Below, piece after piece: positions 13,801-27,100 of a DNA stretch of 64,000 nt; positions within the stretch are counted from its first letter, which is position 1, and each line of letters begins with the position of its first letter. Position numbers and translations under genes: made by a program. The notes beneath the pieces are model-generated. The model was not told the DNA's origin. It saw only the letters and a list, made by a program, of their open reading frames with translations, and searched no databases. Origin of the DNA: Lytechinus pictus (lineage: Eukaryota); assembly GCF_037042905.1 (NCBI RefSeq), contig NC_087251.1:1426001-1490000 (forward strand). Direction: 5' to 3'.

Positions 13801-14743
13801 ATAAATACAAACAATTTTTGTGCACTTGACAAAAACGTATCTGATGGATACTCTGAATGATACTCTTTTATTTGAATTTGAATTCACAAGACGGAATATT
13901 TCATAATCATAGGTATCTTCAGACATAAGGGTAGTAAAATAACTATTTGCATCTTCACTTGACAGACGGGGGTAACTTATTGTTTAAAAAAAAAGCAGGT
14001 TGAACAATATTTTCTGTAAAAATCACTCAAAATAATTGAATAAAGGGAAAGGAGGATACTGCTCTACCATTTGAGTTTTGTACACATGGTACGTATACGC
14101 CTTTGGGGGAGAGTTCACGAGACATGGGATAGTCATTAGATGTGATTGCATTTTCTTGCTTGTCGGTGTTCATTTTATACCATGACCTACCACCATGAGC
14201 AATATTAGGGGGAAGCAGGTTGAATAAAGGGGTTTCCCCGAAGAACAGGGAGAGTAGATTCACACAGATTGTTTATATGCCAAGCTACAACATAGTTTTA
14301 AGTGAACTATGTAGACATACCATTGTCAGGATCGAGCTTGGATTTTTCGTTTAAATTAACTTTACACTAAAATTCTCTTCCGTTTTGTAATTCAAACTTG
14401 AAAAATAAAGTTTTAGAAGCCTGCTGCCAAAACCTAATATAGATAAATTATAACAGCTTATAACTCTGTCATTCAATCATGTGTTTATACATGGAGCTAT
14501 TTCACATGATTATTGCATTTATATTTCGTTTGATCCATATATTTGATTTTGTAAGAAGAAAATAAATATGAAGAAGGTCCAAAGCAAACAATATAATAAT
14601 ACATAATTCACATTCGGAACAATAATCGGATCTTAAATAAGGGTTCAAATAAGGTATGAAAAGTTTCAAGTTTGTTCAAAGTTCATTAAGCTCATTTTAG
14701 ATTAAGAAACTTAATACTTACATAAATAGAAATGAAGGTGTGA

Positions 14744-14812
14744 ATAATGATAATAATGATAATAATAACGGTTATTTATATGCGCTATACACAAAAAGTA
14801 TCACAGCGCTTA
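14744..14812 (-). mobile_element. L2/SINE-type 3' terminal tail remnant; similar plus-strand tails at ~329-391 and ~3400-3472
   Basis: Minus strand reads aagcgctgtga...agcgcatataaataa followed by (tta/tca)n, the same layout as the L2 tail at 3040-3098. Confidence 0.55.
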
Positions 14813-15600
14813 CAATTGTCAGAAATAAAAATGGCCTTTAATAGGTTTTAAACTTAAAGCCCCTCGATATTTGCAAATAGTCCCCCGTTATTTTTATTTC
14901 AAAGAATGTATAATATCATGAGCCCGATACAGCAGTATATCGGGCAGTTTTGTTATATTAACAAAGCTGAGTGGGCTTATCCAGCCATCTCACTATACTT
15001 TTGATTTTATTATGTACATACATTTACCTTGTATTGTTTTTAACATTGTGATATGGAAAATAAATACCAATACCAATAAATGATAGGTGTAAAAGAAATA
15101 GCATTTTCATCACAGATACGGATCCCCAAAGTTTCCTATACTAGGATAAAAGAAGTAGGAGCTTGTCACTCCAGTCCCCCCAGTTCAGACTACACTCCTT
15201 CCTTTATCATACAACTTACGACGCCATATTAACAAGACAAGACGTGTATCATCAATATAGATAAAATTATCATGCCGCCCCGGGTGCATTCTAGCGGTAA
15301 TAATCCCTCCAATTTCATCAATATAATAATAGTACAAGCATAATACATTCACCTCAAACGAACTTCTTCCTCGTTTGGTTCTACCATTTCTCTCCAAATA
15401 CATGGGCCCTTTATTTTCGTTCACATAAAATGAAATTCATCTTAAATGGAGTACCATTCGATAGAGACATCTACATATCTTAATACAAAAATCAAACACC
15501 TTCCATAGTCTAAGTATAAAGCATGATGTGGCTGTGCACCCCCCTTCTATTTCACACAGATATAACACATAGTACAGGAGCTTGTTTTGCATCAGGCGAA

Positions 15601-15668
15601 ATGATGATGATGATGATGTTGATGATGATGTTGATGATGATGATGATAATAATGATGATGATGTTGAT
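15601..15668. repeat. (ATG)n microsatellite
   Basis: Imperfect atg/ttg/ata run; explains the poly-Met ORF. Confidence 0.95.
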
Positions 15669-16119
15669 TATATTTTTTAAGGTGCGAATTATAATACCAA
15701 GGATTTATATATCTTTGCAAATGAAAACAAACTATGATAGAATTACATGAGAGTACATCTTTTTAAACCGGTGATTAATGTGTTATAAAACGATGGACTG
15801 TTTAATTTTAAATGACTTCCATCCTCTTTAATAAAAATCAACAATAAAATAAAGATAAGCAGATACAAGTAAATAGCGGCAGACAGCATACATGGTATAA
15901 GCAAATACCATTATATGTATTCAAATTATATTGAAAAAGAAGAACACAAGCTAAAACGCCATTTCCTATTCTTTATTCTTATTTTATTTTCAAATTCGTG
16001 AGTTTGTTTTTATTCATCTTCAACTAAGAACTGAAGAACTTATGAAAAATAATCATCATTTTCGTTAAAGAAAAATAAGTTATAATTTACCACCCCAATA
16101 AATGGAAATACGAATTTAA

Positions 16120-16702
16120 AGGAGAATGAAACCCTTGAAACCAGCTGAATCCATATCAAAGAGAAAAATCAAAGAAACATATTGCTGAAAGTTTGAGGAA
16201 GATTGAATGAATAATAAGAAAGTTATGAGCATTCGAATATTGAGATCACTAGTGCCATGTAGATCCTCCCAACGGCAATGCGACCAAGATCTGTGATATC
16301 ACACACGTACAACTCCCTCATTACTTTAGTACTTATTTCACTTATATTCTTACTTTTATAGAGTCTATCACAAGGTGAGGTGTTCTCTTTATGAGATGAC
16401 AAGTACAGAGGTTTCACAACATTATATCATTGATGAATCGTTTGTCAGATGATTAGAATGAGCAAAAAGAGATGTTTTGGGGTATATTTTCAGTGTCCAA
16501 ATGGGAGAGTTGTACGTGTGTGACATCACAGATCTTGGTCGCATTGCCAATAGGAGGATCTCCATAGCATTAGTGATCTCGACATTCAAATGCTCATAAC
16601 TCTTTTATTGCTAGTCCTATTTTTCTCAAAGTTTTGTTGATCTTATTCTTTGATTTTTCTGCTTTCACAAAAGCTAACTTGCTCCAAGAGTTTCATTCTC
16701 CT
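16120..16702. mobile_element. Palindromic MITE with TTAA TSD and AGG... termini (Kolobok-like)
   Basis: ttaa|aggagaatgaaac ... gtttcattctcct|ttaa, with imperfect inverted arms of ~200 bp (e.g. gcaatgcgaccaagatctgtgat / atcacagatcttggtcgcattgc). Confidence 0.88.
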
Positions 16703-19700
16703 TTAAATGAATTTCCATAGGCATGTAGACTACATGGCGGGGGGGGGGGCGGCTCTGTGCTTTATACATCTATGTTATTATGCTATTCTCAGGAAACATG
16801 ATACTTGACACTATAGGGAAGGATGGGCTATAGGTTTAACTGCAAGCCATTATTATACATATTGCAAGTATTCAAGTCATTACGTTTAATTGGATGACAT
16901 AATGGTGGTACTGATCATGACTGAGAACTAATGGTATATGGACGGCCTCGGATTGCATTCGGTTTAAACTCGTCTTTTCGGTTAAAGTTTGAAACGAAAG
17001 GTCAATTTTTTGGTGGTGGTGTTGTACGTGAAAAGACCGTCAGTTTCTGTTTCAGCTCAGACATATTCGTGTCTCTTCCGTCAAAATTTGTTCGTTATGT
17101 CTTCCTCTATATAGGGATTGAACATGGTACTTTTACACACAAAAAAAAGTTTCGAAGCTGTCACGGGTTTGACACGGAGTTCACAGGACGGATGTACGGA
17201 GAGGTAACGATTAGAATTAGAGAGTGGATTGGGGTATCATCCATCTTTAGAGGCTTGTCTGAATTCCCCTTTCGTATTTCAGTGATCCGTCTTACTATAC
17301 CGCACCAATCTGAGTTGAAGATGGAGAACGGCACTGAATCTAAACATGCAATGTGTGATTGCCCCTTAAGCATCGCCCAAACATCGGCCTCTTTGCTAAA
17401 GTAACGGAGTGGTAACGGAGGCTCTAAGATAGAAACAACAAATCTTCTTATCTGTGTTATTATAATGTTGTTGAATGTATTATTTCCCACTTCTTCCTGA
17501 GGGATCAATATTGGCTGAGACACACATGATCTCATTAGACCTTGTGAACCCCCTAAAGACCATATACTTGCGAGAACTAGATTATCTAAGGTCTTCAAAC
17601 GAATGAAGCATTCACACAGGACTGTGACCTCGCATGTACATGTGTTCTTAATAGTCTAGAAGAAGGGCAAGGCGATGGTTATGAAAAATATTTAGATATG
17701 CTCTTACCTCAGTACTATGAGATATTTAAAGTGGCATACATCCCTCACCTATTTATGATTTTATTGAATCCAAATTAATGTCACTTTTGTAAACAAATTT
17801 GTAAGATAATGACTGGCAGTGTAAACATTTGTTGGCAAATGGAAGGCTAGTTTTAAAATAAATGTACATCTTATAATCCTGTTTGGTAATTGATTTTTTT
17901 TTGTTACCACTGTTTAAAATAATGGCTCAGTAATTATTCGAGTAGATTTGCAGCTGCCTACTTCCAATGCTTACTTCTAATTCTATTGTTTTTGTATCAT
18001 GATTTATATTATAATAATATTGACACTGGTTTATCATTATCATTGTAACCACTATTCACTATAATCACTATCATAATCCCGGCTGAAAAGTATGAAGGGG
18101 GGAGAAACACACCCTCATCCACACCCCACATATCCGTTCCTTTACACATGCCCTACACCTTCACACACCAAACGATTCAAATACTTCCACATTATTCTAT
18201 CACCCCCAACGCACTGAATTGAATGATATTTATTCTATCGGAAATTAGTACATATTAATAGAATAAAACGTATTCAAAAATCTGTCCTGTATGTATATAA
18301 GCTATATGTATATACAACGATGAACAAACTTCTTCTTATGTCATTTGTAAAGGATTTTATCGTCTACAAATGACTCAGGAATTGAATTCCTAGATATCGA
18401 ATATTCATGTGGTTTCTATAATAGACTACGTATAAATACTTGATGAAACCGCGAGTATTGATAAAGAAGAAGTCGGAAGATTCAAGCGGAAAATAAAATG
18501 CAGCAAGGGAAGAAATTTTCTGCTTGAACATCGCCTGAAATGCTAATAGCAAACCCAAATGTACTTTGACAATTTCCAACTAGGGAAACAACTCTTCAAC
18601 TTAGAGGCAATGACTCTATAAAACCAGCCGTCTGTCACTAATAATCGAATATCATGGAGCCAGCTATAAAGATTCATCTTACGTCTTTTGTGTGGGAGTG
18701 TTGTGGTGCAACAACAAGTTTGAATAACATTAATAAAGTACTTTAAAGTACTTTTTAATTAAACAAGCTGTCACGTTTCATTGTAAACATACAGTTATAA
18801 CAGTCCTTGTAACACATCATAATTCAGTCGTACTTTTTATGTCAATGTAAACGAACATATGATTCGAGTAAGATCCTCTGACGTTTATTGTTCTCTGAAT
18901 GTCTTCGACGCCGTGCTATCAACTCTAATTTTGGTTGATTTACGATGATTTTCATGAAAATGAGAATCTTTTCCCCCTAAATTTACACCGAATAATGAGT
19001 TCGATGGCAGGAGTGTGTTTATGCAAGCATGAGAATTGTCGTGTTGTTTAGCATCGAGGATAAACGATGAAGTGTACCGCTAGAGATTTGGCCATAATAA
19101 TTCCCCGTTCATCAATATAAGGACCGTCACGGTAGAAGTGGAATAATGGTCGTAATGGGGGTTATAATCAATCAATAGTTGACATATCTTTTCCATGAAT
19201 TATTGAGAACAAATGCCTTTTAAAAAATCAACGAGGGAAGTGATAAGAGAGGGAAAGTGATGATTTCAAGTACCAAGGATGGTATTAGGCCATTTTGAAT
19301 GGAAGGAAAGATAATAATGTAGAACTAAGGACTTTCAATCAATTCATGATTTATCAAAATGTCTGTCCCTCTGTGACACGTTATTAAACTGTTATATACC
19401 GCACGAAAATAAGATGGAACTTGTTGATATGACTTATTCATCCATGGGTAAATCTTTAACTTACTAAACAAACCACTAGCTGATGAATCGGTCGCGAGTA
19501 TATTGTCCATGCTTCTTTTCAGTACCATTAAAAGCAAAAGACTGTTTTCGCAAACGCAACGCGGACGTAGAATCTGTGGTTTAGTGCGCAAAAATGGTGA
19601 AGCTGACATGGTCTTGCTGATTCCAGGATTGTTCTGTAACGATCTTCGTCAAAATATCTGTCTATCATGTCCGTGGCGATCTAGGACGCGGGCCAGTTCC

Positions 19701-20191
19701 CTGGAAGTAAGAGCCAATCGGCGCGCTCCAAATTCGTACAATTTTAGGGAGCTTTCTCTTCCCTAATCGAACATCAATTGATTGGGGAGATCAATACTGC
19801 CTGTGGAGGAGAACGCATCGTTAAGGGATAGAAGATTCCGCGTCGTGGGCTAATTCCACAACACACTTTGGATTCAAGAACATAGAAAATGTAATGTATT
19901 GTCAAATTTCCTTAATGACAATGAACAACCAAAACTCTTTGTCAAAAAGTGGTGAATCTACGTAGCAGTTTGGTTCTGCATGGACTATATGGACAAACGA
20001 CACATTTACATTTTTTCGTCAGCTATGAAACAATAATTGTTCATAAATTCTCGACAAAGGCCTCTCGGCTGTTCATTGTAATTTGACGGGTAGTTTCAAT
20101 ACGAAAAATTATTGATTGACTTTAATCTTCATTACTCAAACACTCATACTTTTGGATATAGCATGTATGGCCTTACGAATACACTTATGCA

Positions 20192-21024
20192 CAGAGGCGT
20201 CGATCCTGGGGGGGAGGGGGGGCAGGGGGGCGATCGCCCCACCAATGAAAATATGGGGGGGGGGGCAAACGTATCATTTTGCCCCCCCAATAATTCCGGA
20301 TATACAAAAAAAAACAAGATTGTAATGTTCAGCAAGCGAGATTGAGATACACAACTCGTTTTTTATTTAAAATCGTGCTCAAAATGTTTGCTTTTCAGAT
20401 TGGAATATAAATTTTTTTAGCTCGCGCTTCGCGCTCGCATCATTTCTGTAGTAAAAACCCATACTTTTCATGATTGAATAGGTGAATGTAAATGTCCCAT
20501 TTTTAGTTTTAAGCTTCAAAAGAACTCCTGCTTCGATTTGCAATCATCTTTTCTTGGATATATATCTTGTTCTTTATCAAAAACTTCCATTAAACTGTCA
20601 TTTTTTCAGATCGAAATATCAAAATTATCAGCTCGGGCTTCGCACTCGCATCTATTCTTATTTTAGATACCAATCTTAATCATTAGTACCAAAAATGCTT
20701 AGAATATCAAGCTTTCAGGTCAGAATATAAAGAAATTTCAGCTCACTTTCGGCACTCGTACTATCTGTGTAGTGAGATATGTATCCTCATGAGTTACAAA
20801 CAGCCCAAAACAGGCACGCTTTTCCTGTCAGTATGCTAAAAAAAAATCAGCTCGCGCTTCGCGCTCGCATTAATTTGTTGGTGAGATACGTTTCTGTGTC
20901 TCATGTGTCTCATGTGTGTGTGTGTGTTGTGTGTGTGTGTGTGTGTGGGGGGGGGTGTGGATGGGTGCCTTTGGAACGTTAATGATTTTGCCCCCCCAAT
21001 CTGAAAAATGGATCGACGCCCCTG
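20192..21024. mobile_element. Non-autonomous hAT-like element with 8-bp TSD
   Basis: TIRs cagaggcgtcgatcc / ggatcgacgcccctg (14/15). TSD cttatgca at 20184-20191 and 21025-21032. Internal gctcgcgcttcgcgctcgcat-type motif recurs about 4 times. Confidence 0.9.
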
Positions 21025-21116
21025 CTTATGCATCCCTATCATTGTTCTGTTGATGAGTGAGATTCGCTGTGAGTGCCGGGGCAAGATTCTGGAAATCTTT
21101 AATCTTTATCTTTCTC

Positions 21117-24100
21117 ATTAGGTGGTCTGTCTATGACAGATCACCTATTGATTTCGCTAGAATTTTCTTTCTTTATTTATTCTTTATTCTTTATTTATTA
21201 GGTGGTCTGTCAACGACAGATCACCTATTGATTTCGCCAGAATTTTCTTTCTTTATTATTCTTTATTAGGTGGTCTGTCAACGACAGATCACCTATTGAT
21301 TTCGCCAGAATTTTCTTTCTTTATTATTCTTTATTCTTTATTAGGTGGTCTGTCAACGACAGATCACCTATTGATTTCGCCAGAATTTTCTTTCTTTATT
21401 TATTTATTTATTTATTTATTTTTATTTCTTCCGTACACTTTTTTGTACACACGTTCACTCGAAATCGACATGGTCAATTTCCTTCAAATTTCTGTCAGTC
21501 ATCAAGCCGTATGATTTCAAGTAAAATCAACTTTTTCAAGGTCATCAGGTCATGATGACGTCATCCAGGCGCCATTTTGTAAAATCACATTGTCGATCAT
21601 ATCTCCATTATCAATTATCAAAAATCGATCAAATTAACATCACATCAACTTCAGGTCAAGGGTCAACAGGTCATGTCATCAAAGGTCACCTGGAGGTCAC
21701 GACGCGCGCGTACGCGCTCGTCAAATTTTTAAAATGCTCAAAATCACTTTTTGACCAAAGTAAAGTACGTTTCAGGTCATTTTAAGCATTTCAAAAATTT
21801 GCGCACGCACAGGTATGCGCGCGCGTTTCCGCGCGTAACGCCTTCAAAACAACGCAGAAACGCCGTTTTTTTTATATCGTTGCATTGATAATATAATTCT
21901 GAGCAATTTGATACCTTGATCAACCTTCTACGACCATTAATAACGAAATTAACACCCGTTAAACTTTGCAGCACGTGTGCGCGCGAGCTCTTACTATAGG
22001 CCATATACGGGCAAAAACATGCCTATTAAAAATTCACTGTAGCTCTTTAAATAGTCCGTTGACCCCCAATTTTTTTTCATATATCGATAGAGTATGAGTT
22101 GTAAATTTGATTTCATGTCACCATTGTCCCTCAATTTGATCATGACGTCATCAAAATTGCGCCTAAACTGAAAATTTCATTTTTTCAAAAATGACGTCAT
22201 CAAATTTATGCAAATTTGATCATAACTCCATGAATATTGATCATTTGTCGCCCAGATTCCGATATGTTGTAGTTTAGAATGTACTCTTTCTCGTCAGTTT
22301 ACATGAATTTTCATTTTGAAAAACGCATCATGGTGTAAAATTGCGATGAAAAGAGGCATGTCATTTTTCCTCATTTTACGTGTAATCTCTATGGGACATG
22401 ACTTTTTCTCAAAACTAGATTCTACATTCCTCTATTTCGTGAGCTATATCTCCATTTTTTCTTGTTAGTTATCCCTGAGCTTTTGGTATGATGTAGCTGA
22501 GATTCTAAGCTTTCGGAAGTGTGCCCTCCATTTTTCGATCAGATGTCAGGATCATGCCCGTTTTTCGCTTGCAAAATTGGATTTGTAATTCTCAAATTTG
22601 CTTGCGTGTAATCTCTATGGGAACGTGTAATCTCTATGGGGAATATCGTGGCTCAATGGATAACGCACTTGACTTGAGTTCTCGGGGGCACAGGTTCGAG
22701 TCCTGGGGGTGAACAAGATGATTTTTTTCCATTTTTTTTTTTTTTTACCACCTCGTACATGATCCTTTATGATAATTAAAAGGTATGAAAGTTAAAATTT
22801 AGCAAGATTAAACAGATTATAATTACTTTTTTCAAATCACATGTATTTTCATATATCAAAGAGACCCTTTTCACAGTGCTTTATCATCTCCCGTCTTTCA
22901 CAAGTATTCCATCCATAATGAGCATTCCGTTGTCATCATGAAGATCATATTGATCTGTTTGAACATGGTAATAGTGATCATGATGGCGAGAATAAGGACA
23001 GACCACCTAATTCGTCCGCATGACGAATTAAAATCTAGTTTATTTTTATTTCTTCCGTACACTTTTTTGTACACACGTTCATTCGAAATTGACATGATCA
23101 ATTTCCTTCAAATTTCTGTCAGTCATCAAGCCATATGATTTCTAGTAAAATTAACTTTTTCAAGGTCATTAGGTCATCGTGACGTCATCCAGGCGCCATT
23201 TTGTAAAAATCAGGTCATTATCATATCTCGATAACGAGTGATCAAAAATCAACTATATTTGGTATACATCAACTTCAGGTCAACGGTCAACTAAAAATTT
23301 CATCAAATTCCGCGCGCGCACCTCGACGCGCACGTACGCGCGCATTAAAATTTTAAAATGCTCAAATTCGTTCCAAATTAATTTTCCATACGTTTTAGGC
23401 CATTTTAAGCATTTTGCAAAAAAACGCGCGCACGCACATGCGCGCGCGTTTTTGCGCGTAATTGCATCTTTCAACATAGAATCGCCAATTTTTTTTATAT
23501 CAATGCACCGATAATATAATTCTGAACAATTTGATACCTTGATCAACCTTCTACGACAAGTAATAACGAAATTATCACCCGTTATACTTTGCAGCACGTG
23601 TGCGCGCGAGCTCTCACTACAGGCCATATATGGGCAAAAACATGTCTATTGAAAATTCACTGTAGCTCTTTAAATAGTCCGTTGACCCCAATTTTTCTTT
23701 CATATATCGATAGAGTATGAGTTGTAGATTTGATTTCATGTCACCATTGTCCCTCAATTTGATCATGACGTCATCAAAATTGCGCCTAAACTGAAAATTT
23801 CATTTTTTCAAAAATGACGTCATCAAATTTATGCAAATTTGATCATAACTCCGTAAATATTGATCATTTGTCGCCCAGATTTCAATATGTTGTAGGTTAG
23901 AATGTACTCTTTCTCGTCAGTTAACATAAATTTTCATTTTGAAAAACGCATCATGGTGTAAAATTGCGATGAAAAGAGGCATGTCATTTTTCCTCATTTT
24001 ACGTGTAATCTCTATGGGACATGACTTTTTCTCAAAACTAGATTCTACATTCCTCTATTTCGTGAGCTATATCTCCATTTTTTCTTGTTAGTTATCCCTG

Positions 24101-27100
24101 AGCTTTTGGTATGATGTAGCTGAGATTCTAAGCTTTCGGAAGTGTGCCCTCCATTTTTCGATCAGATGTCAGGATCATGCCCGTTTTTCGCTTGCAAAAT
24201 TGGATTTGTAATTCTCAAATTTGCTTACGTGTAATCTCTATGGGAACGTGTAATCTCTATGGGGAATATCGTGGCTCAATGGATAACGCACTTGCCTTGA
24301 GTTCTCGGGGGCGCAGGTTCGAGTCCTGGGGGTGAACAAGATGATTTTTTTTTCCATTTTTTTTTTCTTTTTACCACCTCGTACATGATCCGTTATGATA
24401 ATTAAAAGGTATGAAAGTTAAAATTTAGCAAGATTTAACAGATTATAATAACTTTTTTCATATCACTTGTATGTTCATATATCAAAGAGACCCTTTTCAC
24501 AGTGCTTTATCATCTCCCGTCTTTTACAAGTATTCCATCCATAATGAACATTCCGTTGTCATCATGAAGATCATATTGATCTGCTTGAACATGGTAATAG
24601 TGATCATGATGGCGAGAATAAGGACAGACCACCTAATTCGTCCGCATGACGAATTAAAATCTAGTTTATTTTTATTTCTTCCGTACACTTTTTTGTACAC
24701 ACGTTCATTCGAAATTGACATGATCAATTTCCTTCAAATTTCTGTCAGTCATCAAGCCATATGATTTCTAGTAAAATTAACTTTTTCAAGGTCATTAGGT
24801 CATCGTGACGTCATCCAGGCGCCATTTTGTAAAAATCAGGTCATTATCATATCTCGATAACGAGTCATCAAAAATCAACTATATTTGGTATACATCAACT
24901 TCAGGTCAACGGTCAACTAAAAATTTCATCAAATTCCGCGCACGCACCTCGACGCGCACGTACGCGCGCATTAAAATTTTAAAATGCTCAAATTCGTTCC
25001 AAATTAATTTTCCATACGTTTCAGACCATTTTAAGCATTTTGCAAAAAAACGCGCGCACGCACATGCGCGCGCGTTTTTGCGCGTAATTGCATCTTTCAA
25101 CATAGAATCGCCAATTTTTTTTATATCAATGCACCGATAATATAATTCTGAACAATTTGATACCTTGATCAACCTTCTACGACAAGTAATAACGAAATTA
25201 TCACCCGTTATACTTTGCAGCACGTGTGCGCGCGAGCTCTCACTACAGGCCATATATGGGCAAAAACATGTCTATTGAAAATTCACTGTAGCTCTTTAAA
25301 TAGTCCGTTGACCCCCAATTTTTTTTCATATATCAATAGAGTATGAGTTGTAGATTTAATTTCATGTCACCATTGTCCCTCAATTTGATCATGACGTCAT
25401 CAAAATTGCGCCTAAATTGAAAATTTCATTTTTTCAAAAATGACGTCATCAAATTTATGCAAATTTGATCATAACTCCGTGAATATTTATCGTTTTTCGC
25501 CCAGATTTCGATATGTTGTAGTTTAGAATGTACCCTTTCTCGTCAGTTGACATGAATTTTCATTTTGAAAAATGCATCATTGTGTAAAATTGCAATGAAA
25601 AGAGGCATGTCATTTTTCCTCATTTTACGTGTAATCTCTATGGGACATGACTTTTTCTCAAAACTAGATTCTACATTCCTCTATTTCGTGAGCTGTATCT
25701 CCATTTTTTCTTGTTAGTTATCCCTGAGCTTTTGGTATGATGTAGCTGAGATTCTAAGCTTTCGGAAGTGTGCCCTCCTTTTTTCAAGGTCATTAGGTCA
25801 TTGTGACGTCATCCAGGCGCCATTATGTAAAAATCAGGTCATTATCATATCTCGATAACGAGTCATCAAAAATCAACTATATTTGGTATACATCAACTTC
25901 AGGTCAACAGTCAACTACAAAATTCATCAAATTCCGCGCGCGCACCTCGACGCGCACGTACGCGCGCATTAAAATTTTAAAATGCTCAAATTCGTTCCAA
26001 ATTAATTTTCCATACGTTTTAGGCCATTTCAAGCATTTTGCAAAAAAACGCGCGCACGCACATGCGCGCGCGTTTTCGCGCGTAATTGCATCTTCCAACA
26101 TAGAATCGCCAATTTTTTTATATCAATGCACCGATAATATAATTCTGAACAATTTGATACCTTGATCAACCTTCTACGACAAGTAATAACGAAATTAACA
26201 CCCGTTAAAGTTTGCAGCACGTGTGCGTGCGAGCTCTCACTACAGGCCATATATGGGCAAAAACATGTCTATTGAAAATTCACTGTAGCTCTTTAAATAG
26301 TCCGTTGACCCCAATTTTTTTTTTCATATATCGATAGAGTATGAGTTGTAGATTTGATTTCATGTCACCATTGTCCCTCAATTTGATCATGACGTCATCA
26401 AAATTGCGCCTAAACTGAAAATTTCATTTTTTCAAAAATGACGTCATCAAATTTATGCAAATTTGATCATAACTCCGTGAATATTGATCATTTTTTGCCC
26501 AAATTTCGATATGTTGTGGTTTAGAATGTACTCTTTCTCATAAATAGGCATGGCTTTTCATTTTGAAAAACGCATCATGGTGTAAAATTGCGATGAAAAG
26601 AGGCATGTCATTTTTCCTCATTTTACGTGTAATCTCTATGGGACATGACTTTTTCTCAAAACTAGATTCTACATTCCTCTATTTCGTTAGCTATATCTCC
26701 ATTTTTTCTTGCTAGTTTTCCCCGAGCTTTTGGTATGATGTAGCTGAGATTCTAAGCTTTTGGAAGTATGCCCTCCATTTTTCGATCAGATGCCAGGATC
26801 ATGCCCGTTTTTCGCTTGCAAAATTGGATTTGTAATTCTCAAAGTTGCTTACGTGTAATCTCTATGGGAACGTGTAATCTCTATGGGGAATATCGTGGCT
26901 CAGTGGATAACGCACTTGACTTGAGTTCTCGGGGGCGCAGGTTCGAGTCCTGGGGGTGAACAAGATAATTTTTTTTTTTCATTTTTATTTTCTTTTTACC
27001 ACCTCGTACATGATCCATTATGATAAGTAAAAGGTATGAAAGTTAAAATTTAGCAAGATTAAACAGATTATAATTACTTTTTTCATATCACATGTATTTT

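Noticed and set aside
16931..17598. Overlapping 157-aa and 145-aa ORFs
   Set aside because: No recognisable motifs or splice structure; consistent with chance ORFs in a slightly GC-richer stretch.
21117..21420. Stacked palindromic repeats resembling a CRISPR array
   Set aside because: The 'spacers' are only T-rich microsatellite, there are no cas genes, and the context is eukaryotic. The repeats are the 5' ends of the transposon.
22642..22715. Functional tRNA gene array (anticodon position TGA)
   Set aside because: Acceptor and anticodon stems do not pair; treated as tRNA-derived.
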